DNA from: Trichoplax adhaerens
Taxonomy: Eukaryota; Animalia; Placozoa
Length of the DNA stretch: 64,000 bases
NCBI RefSeq assembly: GCF_000150275.1
Contig: NW_002060972.1
Coordinates: forward strand, 186,645 to 250,644
Reading direction: 5' to 3'
Positions 13,401 through 27,200 of this stretch are shown here, one piece after another. A model generated the notes under the pieces. The model ran no database searches. It worked only from the letters and a program-made list of their open reading frames with translations, and was not told where the DNA came from. Position numbers and translations under genes: made by a program. Numbering within the stretch: position 1 is the first letter of the stretch; each line of letters starts with the position of its first letter.

Positions 13401-14980
13401 ACAGTGAAGAATTTGCTGCAAGCATTACTTGCATTAACGTATTTATTACGGAATAAGGGTAATAATATGCTTCATCTTTAAATAACTGCAGAAATTTTCG
13501 ACCCCTGCCAATCAAATCCTTGCCATAGTGGCGTATGTATTTCTGAAAATAATACCTATAAATGCCGATGTTATCCTGGTTTTCACGGAGAAAATTGCGA
13601 GCGACGTAAGCAAATTTTCGTAAAATTCTTGTTTCTAGCAGCTAACAGAAATCATTATTAAACTTTCTGTAAGCTATAATCAAGATAGACCAGAATAGCT
13701 GTATGATAGTTGATTGAAGATTTTAAGAGAGTCCCTTAAAAATGTCACACAGAAATCTATACCTTATAGTGATGACTTAAATATAGGATAAATTCAATTT
13801 TGATGTTCATTTACAATTGAAATTTCAGATTACTGTCTACCTAGTCCATGCCAAAATGGTTTGTGTTCTGCAAATGCAACAGGTTATAAATGTATCTGTA
13901 ATACTGGATACTACGGAAAGAGATGTCATTTGCGTAAGTACCATATTCAAGAGTTTTAAAATCTCCAAGAAATAGTCACTTTTATATTTGTATTCGATTT
14001 AATATAAATTTAAAAAAGTAACATTTTCTGTCATGCTAGATTACTGTCGTCCTGATCCTTGCCGACTTGGCATATGTGTTGTTAAAACAGATGGCTATAA
14101 ATGTCGTTGCTTACCTGGATATCATGGAACGAACTGTGATAGAAGTAAGTGAATATACATTAATGCACTTTATATTAAGCTCAGAAGCAGCGTATATTAA
14201 TAAGAGTTTCATAAAATACTGAGATTCCTTAACCCAGAGTCAAACTTACTACATCAGATATACAGTATTGCATCCAGCAGTTTATAAATTGGCCCTTTTC
14301 TGAATTGAAATTTAATAAAATTAGAGATTACACTGTTTTTCAGATAGCTTACGAATAATAAAATTGAAACCAGTTGCGTTAGAAAGGCATATGTTTTTAA
14401 ACTTAGAGCTTAAGTACATTTTGCCAAAAATGATACGACGCAACATAGTTTCAGACTAATTCAATTCTCATGATACTGTATTCACGTTTAAAAATAACGC
14501 CTTCCAATTCTACTGCATACATTGATCATAAAAGTAATCCTTGATCGTCTGCCGTACCTTGCTAGTTATAGTTCAGCTAGTTATATGAGTGAGCTGACAC
14601 ATTTTAACTTTTCTACCTTACCATAGCTGCAGGCCTAGGCTACATTATTTCAATATTAGGACCTTAGAGAGTATTTCCTTAACTGTAACTGTAGTTAAAG
14701 GCATTATCTTTTTCATTCATCATGTAAATTTATTTCTATGATAGTAGACTCAGAGTTGTCTCAATTATTTCAGAAATATTACGCCACTCATTCTAGAACA
14801 TTAGGTAATTGTCTTTATACTTGTTGTTGATACTATAATTCACGTTTGTGACTTTATAATTTTTAACTAGGTTATTGCGATTCCAATCCATGCATTCATG
14901 GTAAATGTTACAAGACAATAAACGGTTACCGCTGCCAATGTAAACCTGGCTATTATGGTGAAGGTTGTCAAAGTAGATAG
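10480..14980 (+). CDS. Secreted D8C-like + 6x EGF protein (paralog of gene at 1-2826); 5' exon(s) not confidently located
   Basis: Exons 10480-10674 (DPC...RWYRTSAPRNCLPVARWIN) and 11447-11599 (LCFHFGQARC...KKCSDYMVYK...SC). EGF exons 11724-11837, 13075-13179, 13492-13605, 13829-13933, 14040-14144 and 14871-14980, ending in TAG. All are phase-1 GT-AG. Confidence 0.85.
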
Positions 14981-17579
14981 AAATCCATCAGTTACTATTT
15001 ACATGCTGCTTTCTGATAAAAGAATAACAATAATAATAGCTGCAGTACTTGAGTAAATTGTTAAAGATTATCCGAGATCGTAGATTATAGGCTCGGCATA
15101 TGATGCAAATATGCCTATTTTAGTATTGAATGTATTTTATATCGAGACAATCTATTTCTTTTTACTAGCTGCAGACTTCATCGAAGAGCTAAATTAGTAT
15201 ATTGCTGTAACGTACTGTACTGCTAGACAGAATAATTTGTACATTTGATTGATTTGTAAAAACGGCAATGCCGTCCTAAACTGAATTTATTGATTAGCTA
15301 AACCTATTTTCAGATCACTGATCATGGTTCTGTATAGCAAGAGCGTCTTACTTGCTTATACTATTGGAACTCTTGATTAAACTTTCCTCTATAAAACCAA
15401 CATCGTAAAGCTGTTGATTCACCTTTCACACACGATATTTTATAAGTATTGATTATAGCGTGTTGATCGTAATTTATTTGCTACACGCTACCGAAGAAGT
15501 AACAATGTTTACAGTTTGAAATTAAAATGAAATTATTAGTACGTGAGTTATCTGAACAACTAATAGATTATTGCATAATGATTAGATTTAAATTAATATT
15601 TATGAAATTTTAAACCTTAAAATTTTATGTTACTCTTAGTGAATCATTTATTTGTGCTTTATATTTTCTGTATTACATAACTGAATTAGAATATTGAGTG
15701 GGTTAAAATTATTCTTTAATCTTAAAGATTGTAAAATAAATGTTTAAATTCTTGGGTAGCCATATAAGCACGCCCATAAGAACAAATTTAAGGAGAAAGT
15801 AAAAATTTAATAAGAGAGTAATCGAGTTTTATTGCACAATCTTATGGTGATTTAGGACACCGGTGCTTTATTCAACCCTTGTTAAAATAGTACACACGTT
15901 ATATTAACGAAATAGATAAAATTATCAGTGCAAACAAGATACTTTGTGAAAAATGTGAATGAAGTCAATTTGCTTTGCATTAATTTTAGAGAATTTCTCG
16001 GCTATCGTTGAAAAACATGTTACAATCTAGATAGCAATAACAGGAAAATGAGATGCTAATTGAATAATTTCGCCTGTAATTTCGAAATAGGCCGCCATGA
16101 ATCTGGAAACCAACTAAGTGAAATACTTTATTATATGCAATATTAAAGATCGAATATATCGTATACCATTGATGCCTATCACTAAATCTTATACCGTAAT
16201 CTAAACAATCTTTACTTTATTTATTAAATGAGACAATAGTTGTGTTCTTGAATAATCTGAAAAGTAATGAAAAATCTATTGAGTACAATTACTTAGCCAA
16301 TTCCATCATCATGGATCTTATCAGGATCCAAAATCAATCTCAGTGTCAGATTCTTAAACGAAATTAATTGTAGTAGTAACATGAAAACGCTTAAACGACA
16401 ATAAAAGTAAAACTTTACACTAGCGAAATGACAGAGCTAAGTTGTGAATGGATATAACTCTAGCATTAAACTTGATGATGCCGATTTAGAACAGAGAATC
16501 GGTGTCGAGTTGAGTTCAAATATAGTTTCATAAATTTTTGAATTTTAAATCTCGCATACTAGGAATATATTCAAGTGTACTGTACTCTATATACGAGTAA
16601 ACACGCCATTTTAGAATTAATTATAAAATTTTCAGCTTTCTGACTGAATCAGAATTAATTTATAGCAGGTAAATGTATGGCGATATTATACAGCGCATAG
16701 AAAATTGTGATAGTTACTCATGCATAACATACTTTACCGATGAAAATCGCATACAATCCATCGAGTGTAGAGTGCAATGGTAACATTTATATAATAAGAT
16801 TTTGAAGTGATCATTGCTTACTTTGCTTAATTAATAAATAGCTTCATATATATTATAATAGGTATGTTTTTTCACATTTGACTAGAACTGATTATTAATT
16901 ATTTGCCTTAATTATGTATTAAATAGTCTTATGTATATTATGATAGGACTATTGTATTTATGCCATTATACAAATTTAATTGGGCAAATAAACTCATTAA
17001 AAAAAAATGAACTGATTATGTAGTAGCATAGAATACAAAATCGGCATGGTAATTGCCGTCGGATGGTTAAAGTTGAGATTATATTGCCAAGCATGGAGAA
17101 GGCTAATGTCTTACATTTAGAAAATTAAAAGATAAACAGTTATTCCGTTGTATATGGTATTAAATGATATTACTATATGAATTTTAATAATATGTATTGT
17201 ACATGAAGTGAACTATCAGGCAATAGCGGATACTTGTAGGAGAGAATTCTTTTATGATGATATTGTAACAATACACGCCGTATTACAATTTACAAAATTG
17301 TCTCCATGTGAAGCTATGATAAGTAATAATTCACATACATTCCGATTATTACGTGGAAGAAAATTCAAATTTTATCATGACCAAAATTCAAGTACTTCGC
17401 TTTATTAGCCTATTAATCATGCCGATAAGTTTTAGGAGCTATTTTGTTTCCCGCTATAGGTGCAAAACTTTTGTCTACTTGAAATTAATGCAGTAATACT
17501 TATATCCCCGTAAATATACTAAAGTCACTATAGAACACAATATAACCTTTATTATTGATATTTATTTATAATACCCTCG

Positions 17580-17860
17580 GTAATCTTTCATTCGTTGACG
17601 ACTTAAATTATAACATTTTGTTTGCATTCTCGATAGGTCCCTATTACAGGAAATTGTGAAAGGGCTAATCATGCTAAAGTAACTAAAATTTTATTAGACA
17701 TTTATTGTTGGCGTTTTCAAAGTGTAGATTGTAATCAAATTGTATCAATTTAATATTCAAACAAGAACACTATCATCATCTTGTGCTTTTCAAATGACGT
17801 TCCGGATTATATTACTGCTGCAGTTTTGTGGCAAGCTACAGTTTTGCAACAAAATATGCA
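17580..17860 (+). repeat. Coding-derived dispersed repeat, copy 2 of 8589-8870
   Basis: Alignment to 8589-8870. Directly abuts the NB-ARC pseudogene exon. Confidence 0.7.
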
Positions 17861-17879
17861 ATTATTTTTTGGGTAAATA

Positions 17880-20246
17880 CGCATTTTGCTAAAATTTCAC
17901 CTCGCGACTTGCCTCTAACTTCTAATAATGTCTACGTGATAAGAGAGGAAATTATAAACACCATTTGCAATCAATTGAAGATTGTCGATGAGTCATCTGG
18001 CCATATTTTAATCGACGGCATTTTTGGTAGCGATAAAACCATTGCTGCTTGCCAATCTATACACGAAGCGTCAAAAAAAGGCTATTTTAAATCAAACGGT
18101 TGTTATTGGATGAATGTTGGTAAGTTTGTAAATTAGCATAATTTACAATTCCGTTTAACGGTTTCAATCTTGAAGAAGAATAGCTGATATTGGAACTGCA
18201 TTTATTTTAATACATAAAAATAGTTGTGTAGTCGATGAAATCGAAGAAAGATATAAAATATCATTCAAACTTAGACTTCTGCTTAATGATAACAAGTGCC
18301 TAATTTTCAAATTTCCATATCCCAAGTAAATAATTGAAATAGGATAAGCGTAGACATGCATTTTAAATACCTTAAAAGAAATTGATAATCGCACACTGTA
18401 TACCATACTGACATTTAGGTGCTAATCGTTACTTCTCTGCTCAGGTAATGTATCAAATAACGAGCAATTTGTTCAGCTCAAGATACTGGGAATAAGTCTT
18501 GGTTTAAAGTGGCAAGAATCCTTTCAATTTATTTATGAAATTTTTGCCTGTCTCCGTAGTTATGTACGAGGTGACTATTTTGTCTTCCTTACTCACTAAA
18601 TTTAGCTAATATTAAGTTACACTGCGATACTGATAATAAAAAATTAACTCTTTTGGAAATAGTCAACTATCCGACATACTATTTTTTGTTGATGGCATCT
18701 TGAAGAAGAATCATTACAACTATTTGTCGTTCGCTAAAGAGTCGATTGCGACTTCACGGTTTATGCATTATGAAAATGAGATGAGCCATCTGTCACAAAA
18801 CAGCTTTCGTGAACGTACCTTAAACTACTATCTACTCTTATGGTTCTCCGACTAACTCCGGAGATCCTCAGTAAGGGAAAACTAACTTATTCCTATACTA
18901 TAGTAATCAAGTCAAAATGATAGGTTTAGGTTAATCAATATCTTCATTACTAGCTTGCTTACGTTTGTACCAGTGTACTCTACGTTAGCCTTAGTGGAAC
19001 TGAGATTAAAAATTAATAATAAAGCTTATATACAGTTTCATATGTCAAACAAATAAGATCAGTGCTAATCTTTCACATTAAATTATAGAATATGCAATAC
19101 AGGCTTACTATAGATTCGACTAGATCGAGTGTTACATATTACTTGCCATAAATTAATATTACTAGTGCAAACTTCCGTCGCTTTGCTGACGGTTTACGAT
19201 AATGTGCTCATTTAACAGAAAGTATTATCATTTGATAGACCTGTCAGAGGTTCAGTAACTTTATACTGTATATCCACGCTGTATATTACTACGATAATTA
19301 ATAACAAACTCAATTAACAACTAGGTTGTTGTCGAGATCGGCAACCTCCATAATAACATTATTACGCATATTAGATCAAAATATTATTCATTTCGGGGCG
19401 AACTCCGTCACACCATCATTGCATCCGTTTGCGGGTTGGTATTTTAATTGAATTTTTGTATCTAATATGATGTTATGTTTGATGAATGAATATTAAAATA
19501 ATAATGCCATTGGTACGGCAGTACATACGAGTACATTAAACTTCACATGTATAAAGAGAATGTTTCTATAACTAACATCATAGTTGTTTACTGTGCTATG
19601 TTTTTCCAATAAATAAATCAGAGTTCTTTTAGAAGAATTTAGAATTTAGTTTCACCTTTCAATATAAAACAAATCTAATTAAGCACACGGAATTAAAGAT
19701 TTATACTACAGATAATTTCTATCAATTTATTTTCACATTTTGTTATCAAATAAAAGATCAAAAGCAATTTGATGAAAAATTAGCATTATATCGAATGCTT
19801 TTTCTGCGCATAGAAGCAACTAAGCTATGATGAATCGATAAAATTGCTAACACTACGATGCCAAGAGCATAATACTCAGAATTTACATGAAAAACAAGTT
19901 GTTAGGAGAATCATTGAAAGTTGTGATGGGCTACCATTGGCTATTAGTTTAATTCTGGGCCTGTAACTGAAAACTGAAAAAGGCTGAGTTAGAGTAGAAG
20001 CGACCCTTGAAAGTGAATCAGTGTCAATGAAATATGCAAATTATAGTTTCAATCTTCACGGAATGCTACTATTAAGCCATGAATCGCTGAAAAATAGAAA
20101 ATTATTAAAATATTAGGCAGTTTTACGCCAGTCGATATTCCTATTCAATCTATTGCATCAGTTTGGGGCCTCAATCTAGAAGTTATGAATCAGATCTTAG
20201 AGGAAATGAATGACAAATCATTACTAAAATATATGAAGGAAAGCAG
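17880..20246 (+). pseudogene. Apaf-1-like NB-ARC pseudogene (NBD-HD1-WHD)
   Basis: P-loop variant ILIDGIFGSDKT and CYWMNVG (to 18119); exon 18445-18570; Walker-B-like ILFFVDGIL and ATSR (18663-18790 plus 19418-19434); IIESCDGLPLAISLI and VDIPIQSIASVW...MNDKSLL (19870-20246) with three stops and a frameshift. Interrupted by a solo LTR. A possible CARD remnant lies at ~17010-17156. Confidence 0.85.
18791..19412. mobile_element. Solo LTR-like insertion, family B (622 bp)
   Basis: TGTCACA...GTCACA termini with a perfect 5-bp TSD CCATC (18786-18790 and 19413-19417). Removing it restores the exon frame and the GT donor at 19435. Confidence 0.8.
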
Positions 20247-20530
20247 GTAAGCAAGAAGTTTAGAATTTATTACGTTTCTGATGTAAAAGTTTTAAAATTA
20301 ACTACAGTGCCTTAAAAATTTCCAAATTATTCTTCTTGTTTGTAGATGACTGTAAAATAAGTTGTATTAAATAGAAGCAACGTTATGCTATTCTATATTC
20401 AACATGTAAAAAACATAAATTTTCACTGTATTCAGGATATAGCTAGTTACCTTAGCACAATGTAAGGTTGTAATAAAGGCCTAGAGGACTACTTAGAGCC
20501 TTTACTTCTTTAAATAATGTGACTTTTTTA

Positions 20531-20843
20531 ACATTAATAACATTCCAGTTATTGCTCTGTTGATGTAGAATTTAGACGATATAGATCAACTGTAGGTGTT
20601 GATATCACTACCCTACGCAATTTGCTTGAATTCTCTTATAAGTGGCACTTGATTCTTTCAATTTCTTATATTGAGAAAATAAAGAATTATGAAGAAGAGG
20701 TATTTACAACAACTTTACTCTATCATGCATAAATATCCTCGGTGATTCTTGCTCTGTAACTTGTAATCAGCCATCGCTATCGGTACGGAAGATGAAGATG
20801 CCAACCAGCATCATTATGATAAAGGTAAACAGGTAATATAATT
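20531..20843 (+). repeat. Coding-derived dispersed repeat, copy 2 of 4845-5152
   Basis: Alignment to 4845-5152. Confidence 0.7.
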
Positions 20844-23800
20844 TAATGGACGTAATCTACATTGCAGAAGTAGGATTATCATCAACATCGTCTATCTAGG
20901 TGCATCCTCAATCATCAAGGTGTATCCTTTACGGTATTTTTCATGGCTTTGCCCTTAATTACAATGGCCTTGATAGACATTACTCAAAGTATTAAAGTAG
21001 AATTGATTATGCCAACTTTGACTAATTACAGATAGTCAACTTCCCAAGAAGATGGTGAAAAACATAAGGAATTACTAAGATGTTAAACTGACTAAAACAA
21101 TACATGTTACGGTCAAAACCCGATATTCGGCCAATACGATAGTTTGATAGTTTGTATGTGGACAAGGTAGAGGAGTATGAATGAGAAATTCAATTTGATA
21201 GCAACATTGGGTATGCTAGCGCTATGCATACAAAGATTGAGCTATAAGAATGTTGATCATATATATTAATATGCTCACTGACTGGAATAATAAGGTCTTA
21301 AATGAACTGAATGATAATCAAATGACTAATTACGAATCGTATGGTTACCGCATACTGTTTCTCTATTGAAACCTTTAAATGAAGCAAAATACGTTGCAAA
21401 ACCGTTTACCATCACTTGTTTGACTTTAGCAGTGCCAATAAATGTTCTTAAACTATGGTAAGCTCTAAAAGTGTTTTCAATTTACCGTTCCTAAATTCTA
21501 ATTTTATTTGCATGATAATAGCTCAAATTCAAAAAGTAATTCAAAATAATTTATTGTTGTTTCTTTCTTCGCAAACGGTGCTGTTACATTATTCATTAAA
21601 TTAATGAAGTCAAAGTGAATAAGCTGGTCGCATGACAATCGAATAAATTCCTTTTCCTACTTTCCGTTCCTATCTCACTCTTTCCGCCTTTTTGACAGGC
21701 AAATTTATTACTTACTTTCTCTTCATCAGCTCCATTACACCATTAGTTTGTGTATCAAGAACTGTGTATCCCGTCTTTCCCAATAGATCAAGCAGGAGAG
21801 AACTGGTACGGATAAACGTTATCATTCAAAATTAATTTTTTAAGTGTTCATCCCAAATTCTCTATATTTATTTTCTTCCGTGTATTATATGCTGCATGTT
21901 TGTCATAAGTTTGACGCCCCTTAATTCCATTCTTAACTTAACATTACTCGATAGCCCATGTTCCAGTTTTTAACCTTCGCTTGTGATTTATTTTATTCTG
22001 ATACAGTATTAAATTTCATAATTGAACTTACGTATTGAAAGATATTTGTTTTAAAGCCTAATATTTCTTCACTAAGCATCAATAATCATTACAAATAATC
22101 TATCCTAGATAGAACAGCGCTTTACAGTACTTATTTTCATGCCAAAGTGCACTTCAAGGAAGCGAAAAGACATCCAAAAATGGAGCTAATACGTTAGCGT
22201 AAATAAATTAGATTGCCAACCCACTATCTTAAACGCAGAGATGAAAACACTTTTTCTTCCTAATATTTTATCGCTTTAGTCTTAAATAGCTTACAGCGAA
22301 TTTACTTTAAGGGTTTATGAATGATAATTAGGGGTTTATATAGTCCATCAGTTTCTTCGAATATGACTAGTATCATTTTGTGAAGTTGTACGCTCATGGA
22401 TAACTCGGTAGGTGACTGCAATCATTTCAAGTTATAAACACATATTTAGGTATAACTTTATCAGTACAATAATCTAATCTATGTTTTTCTACTCACTATT
22501 CCAACATCCAAAGATCATGCTGCACTTAGTTTTCAGTGGTCTGGGTCAGGCACCAAGCAAATGCAGTGATTTCAGAGTTAGAATTGTTCACAAATGGATC
22601 TTATTTATAACAGACTATTTGGCCTGATAAGTTGTCCTTTTACTACTATTTCGACTCGATAAAGCGTACACGATTGACATAAATTTAGCGGATTCTTCAC
22701 GTATTTATGTCACAATTTCACTTCTGCGACAAGGTAACGTACAGTAAAAGTCTATAAGTAGCTACTGACTTAAAACGTCCTTTTACTTAACGTTAAACAC
22801 ACACAGCAAAAGACTGTAAAGATGAAACTTTTATTAGCAAAGATACATCTATAAATTTTTACCACCACTGAACTCAAATGTTCCCGTTTATATTGGAAGC
22901 TTCTAATTTATAAGCAACTACAGTGTTCTTATTATACCTTACTAGGAGAAACATCTCGAACTGAGATGTTCCTTACATAGCTTTTCTATCAGTAAATATT
23001 TTAAATCTCTTACTCATACTTAATCTAAATCTAAGCTCGTAGGTTGTCTAATTCAACTATCTTCAACTAGAACTTTAATCATCTTACTGCTATCTATCAC
23101 ACAAGAACAATTAATATTGAATATGCAATGAACTATTACAAACAACATCCATGTTAAGGCATTACTTATCTTACCTAGCACTACAAATATGGATATTCTC
23201 CATACTAGCTACTACTGTACTTAGTAAACTATCCTAATGACAAGGCAACACCGTAATAATTTAAACATATTATTTGTCTCAACAAAGGATACAAAAATAA
23301 TAATTGTAATGTATTTGTGATGTTACTATTATTATTTAGTTGTCTTACTGCAGTTGATGGCTTATAAGAAGTTAAAAGAAGACTATTATTCTTATAGCCA
23401 CTCAATATTTTTTTAAAGTTAATGCAAGTAATAACTGGCTTTGATGAAATAGAGTACGAGTGCACAATTTTAGCGATATATCAGGCCATACTAACTTATT
23501 TCATTATCATAGTTTGATGCTTTGATGAAAATATTTTTCATCTTCTATGAGTAACATATGCCAATATTAGCTTATGTGCGTGTATCCAGTGCGGTACTTC
23601 TTGCATGCATTAATCTTTATCTTTGGCAAGCTCGTTGTCAATCGTTCTATTTCTTGCATTATTCAACCTTTGTTCTGTCTAATCAAATATTATATACGGA
23701 CCTATTAGAATTGCTAACATGTATTATGTAGAAACATATCACGTTGCCGTCCTATGTATCATTCGTTTATTAAGTATAAAATGGCCATTCTTACAACTGC

Positions 23801-24295
23801 TGACTGCAGTCATCGCCAGTGCAAAATTTAAATTATCAACATTCAATGGCTACCAGTAGAACTGAAATGTTACAAAACGCTTATATTTTTTTTTCAGCTG
23901 AAAAATTAACCTTAAAGTAAATACAAAATGATCATTTTAGATTCTTTCTCCATCGTGCTATAGCGACCATATCAATCAGTCTACTCAAAATTTCAATTTT
24001 TGCTCCTAATATTACCGCAATTGTCAAGTTTATCCATACAATGAAATCAATTAAATGTTTATCTAATGATATAACAAAAAGTTTAGTCTAAAAGAATCAT
24101 TGTAATGCTGTAAAAGAACCATAACTGCGATATCTGGCTGAAACTACAGTTATCCTCTAAAACTTAGTATTTCATTTTCGCCATAGCTAATTTTAATTCA
24201 CATCTGGTGTACGTATATACTGTATGTAATGCTCCAAATTTATCTTAAATTGGATCTTGCATATTTTTCATTTAGGAGTAAGAACTACATTTAAA

Positions 24296-27200
24296 ATGGT
24301 TGTAAGCAAGTATATTAAAAGTGTGATCGACAAAAATTATTTAGAAATAAGGGCAATAGTCCCTTTGGTAGATATATCGTATGATTTGCGGGCTATACAA
24401 ATCCTATCCAATGAAGAAGTTGAAAAGCTAAGAGATGACTGTAAATCTGACAAAGAACGAGCCTTTGAATTCCTAAAAATACTGGAATCAAGCAGTGACG
24501 AAAATTTTTATCAATTCTGCAGCTTACTAAAAGTGAGTAATATTCGAAATGTTCAGAAACTTGGCGAGCGATTAGAAAAAGAGGCCTATAAAACTACAGA
24601 AATAAAAGGTAACCTTATTGCTTGTCAAATTAGGTATCCTTTTCAAAGTATTTATAACAAGCTTTCGCTAACTATTTCAAAAATATCGCTAATTATATGC
24701 TTTACATTCATTACATATTTTTATATTAATTTAGAACACTCTAAAAATCATTATCAGGTACTGAATAACCTACATCAATCAATAGAAGGTAATAAGGATC
24801 GTATACTGCTGTAACGTAGAGTTCTGGAATTTGCATAATTCGTTCTCTGTTTTACAAATCAGCCGATTGTTTTACTATGGAATTTCACTTTGTGTATTCC
24901 ATAATTAAGATTAATGCAGATGCAAAGAGGTATCTCTCGGTTTTATTTTCACTCATTGTGCACGTAACATCGTTCTCTTTGTATCTAACTGCTAGAAAAT
25001 CCTATTTTGCATCCTTTTCGCAACATGATATCCAAGTTGCTCGATTGGAATTCACCATCCTATACATCATCCTCACTAATCGGTGTGTTCTCTAACATTA
25101 CAGATATTAACAACTCGCTTTATTTTTCTTTTCCTAACTTGCATGAGCTGTCCAGTTTGTATATAGCCTGAAATCTCCCAATAATTTATTAAATTTGCAT
25201 TCAGTTAATAAGGATAATATAAGTTCTCAACGACAACAATAAATCTACGGTATAATTATGGTCAAAGTGATGGTTGATTAATATTATAATAAGTTACATC
25301 TTTCAGAATGAATACAATTAAAAGACTACTTTTAAGCTCACGTAGATTACTATACAATTAATCGTTCAATCCGAGAATTTCGTTGTTTGATACAGGATTG
25401 TAATTTTAAGATAACTAGCTAACTACAATTTCGATCTAGATGGGACTTTGGAATCAAGTTTCAATTCTTTGGATGAAGATAAAATGCGATTATTTGAGCA
25501 GTTGGCTGTATTTAAGCGAGTCAATATTCCCATTCAATCTGTTGTATCGTTATGGAACTGCAATCAAACGAAAGCTCATCTTTACTTAACGGAAATGAAT
25601 AATAAATCATTACTTACTTACGAGTATGATGCAGACAAGTAAGTTTAATCAAGTTTCGGAAAGTTAAGTTAATTGAGGGATCTCCAATTTTGTAATGCGA
25701 GATATTTAACATACAAAGCATGACCGAAAGTGTAGTTGCATATGTATTTGGTTATTAATATGGAATGTACAGATTTAACGAGTCTAAAATAATTTAATAA
25801 CTATTTTAAATTCATTATGGCTGTATTTGCACGTCGAATAAGCTTGATGTAGCTTGCTTTATTCAATCTTTTACCTACAGAGCATACTTTTTTATCTACC
25901 TATTAATATACTTGAATTCTATTTATAAAGGAATCATGATAGTTACGATAATTGGTTGTTCTAATTTCTGACTACATAGGCTTCTATTCAGTATTAATTC
26001 TCCAAATACTGTACAGAATATGATCAATCGTTAGTTATACAGTAGGTTGATAATATTGCGCCATTTAGGTTCGTGTAATTTTTTATCGTTTTAGTAAACG
26101 ACGTCGCAAAATACAATTTAACTCCAGATGTCTTTATTATACAACTCTGTCAATCTATATTATGTATTGTGTTCTCTCCAGTAGTCATTACATGAGCATT
26201 GTCTAATGCACAGAAGATATTCTACACAGTAAATTCAATTCTAAGCCTCTTCGATTAGGCTCTCAGATTTAGTGAACTCCTTTTATTGAACTAGCTATCG
26301 GTCTTTTCAATTTGCTACAATTTTATCTGATAGTAAATTATGATTATGATTACGTTTGACGGTAAATTATGATTTCCTATTCTCTAAAGTAATTTGTTTC
26401 TGTGATCCAATTGATCTGAAATTTCCATCCTATATGTTCTACTCAATAATATGAGTCAGTGCTATTAAATAGATAGTTTTACATGCGCTATACAGTACCT
26501 GCATTCATTCTCATGCAACATAATGCAATGCAAACAACACTAAAATGAATAGCCTTGCATTAACTACTGTATATAGTATTAATTCCTTTTATTTCCGTTA
26601 CTTTGTCAAGATCTTACTGTGTTTTACACGATTTGATGGTGGACTATCTACACCAACGACTCTACTCACAGACATCCAGCCAAGATTATTGCAAAATACT
26701 AAACAAAATGTTGATCGATGGTTACCGTAAGCAATGCGATGGACGGTGGAATACCTTCCATGATGATGGCTATTTCTATCTTAATCTTATTTATCATGCT
26801 TTAATAGCTGAAAGTAATGAAGATCTTCAAACTATTATGACTGATTTCAATTGGATGAAATGTAAAATCCAATCAGACAAAACGATCTATAACCTCGTCT
26901 GCGATTTAACAGACTATATCGACTATCTAAAGGAAAGAAAAGAGGTACCATACTGAATTGACGTTCTTAATTTGCTAGAATGGAAAGATTGATTACTTTA
27001 CAAGCGCTTTTTCTCAAAATAGTCCATAACCAATATCGTTTTAATGGTTAATTTACATTCAGAACGGGAAGGACCTTCGTCAACTCGTGGTGCTTCTCAA
27101 GCAACAACAACCTCGCCTAGATGCTGTCGATGCAGATATCATTAAAATGATCTTATGGGATGATATGTCAGATAGTTGGATGAAAAAACGAGCTTTACAA

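Noticed and set aside
10480-14980. Notch/Delta/Crumbs assignment for the EGF array
   Set aside because: No DSL, LNR, laminin-G or transmembrane segment. It is preceded by a D8C-like module and ends in a stop.
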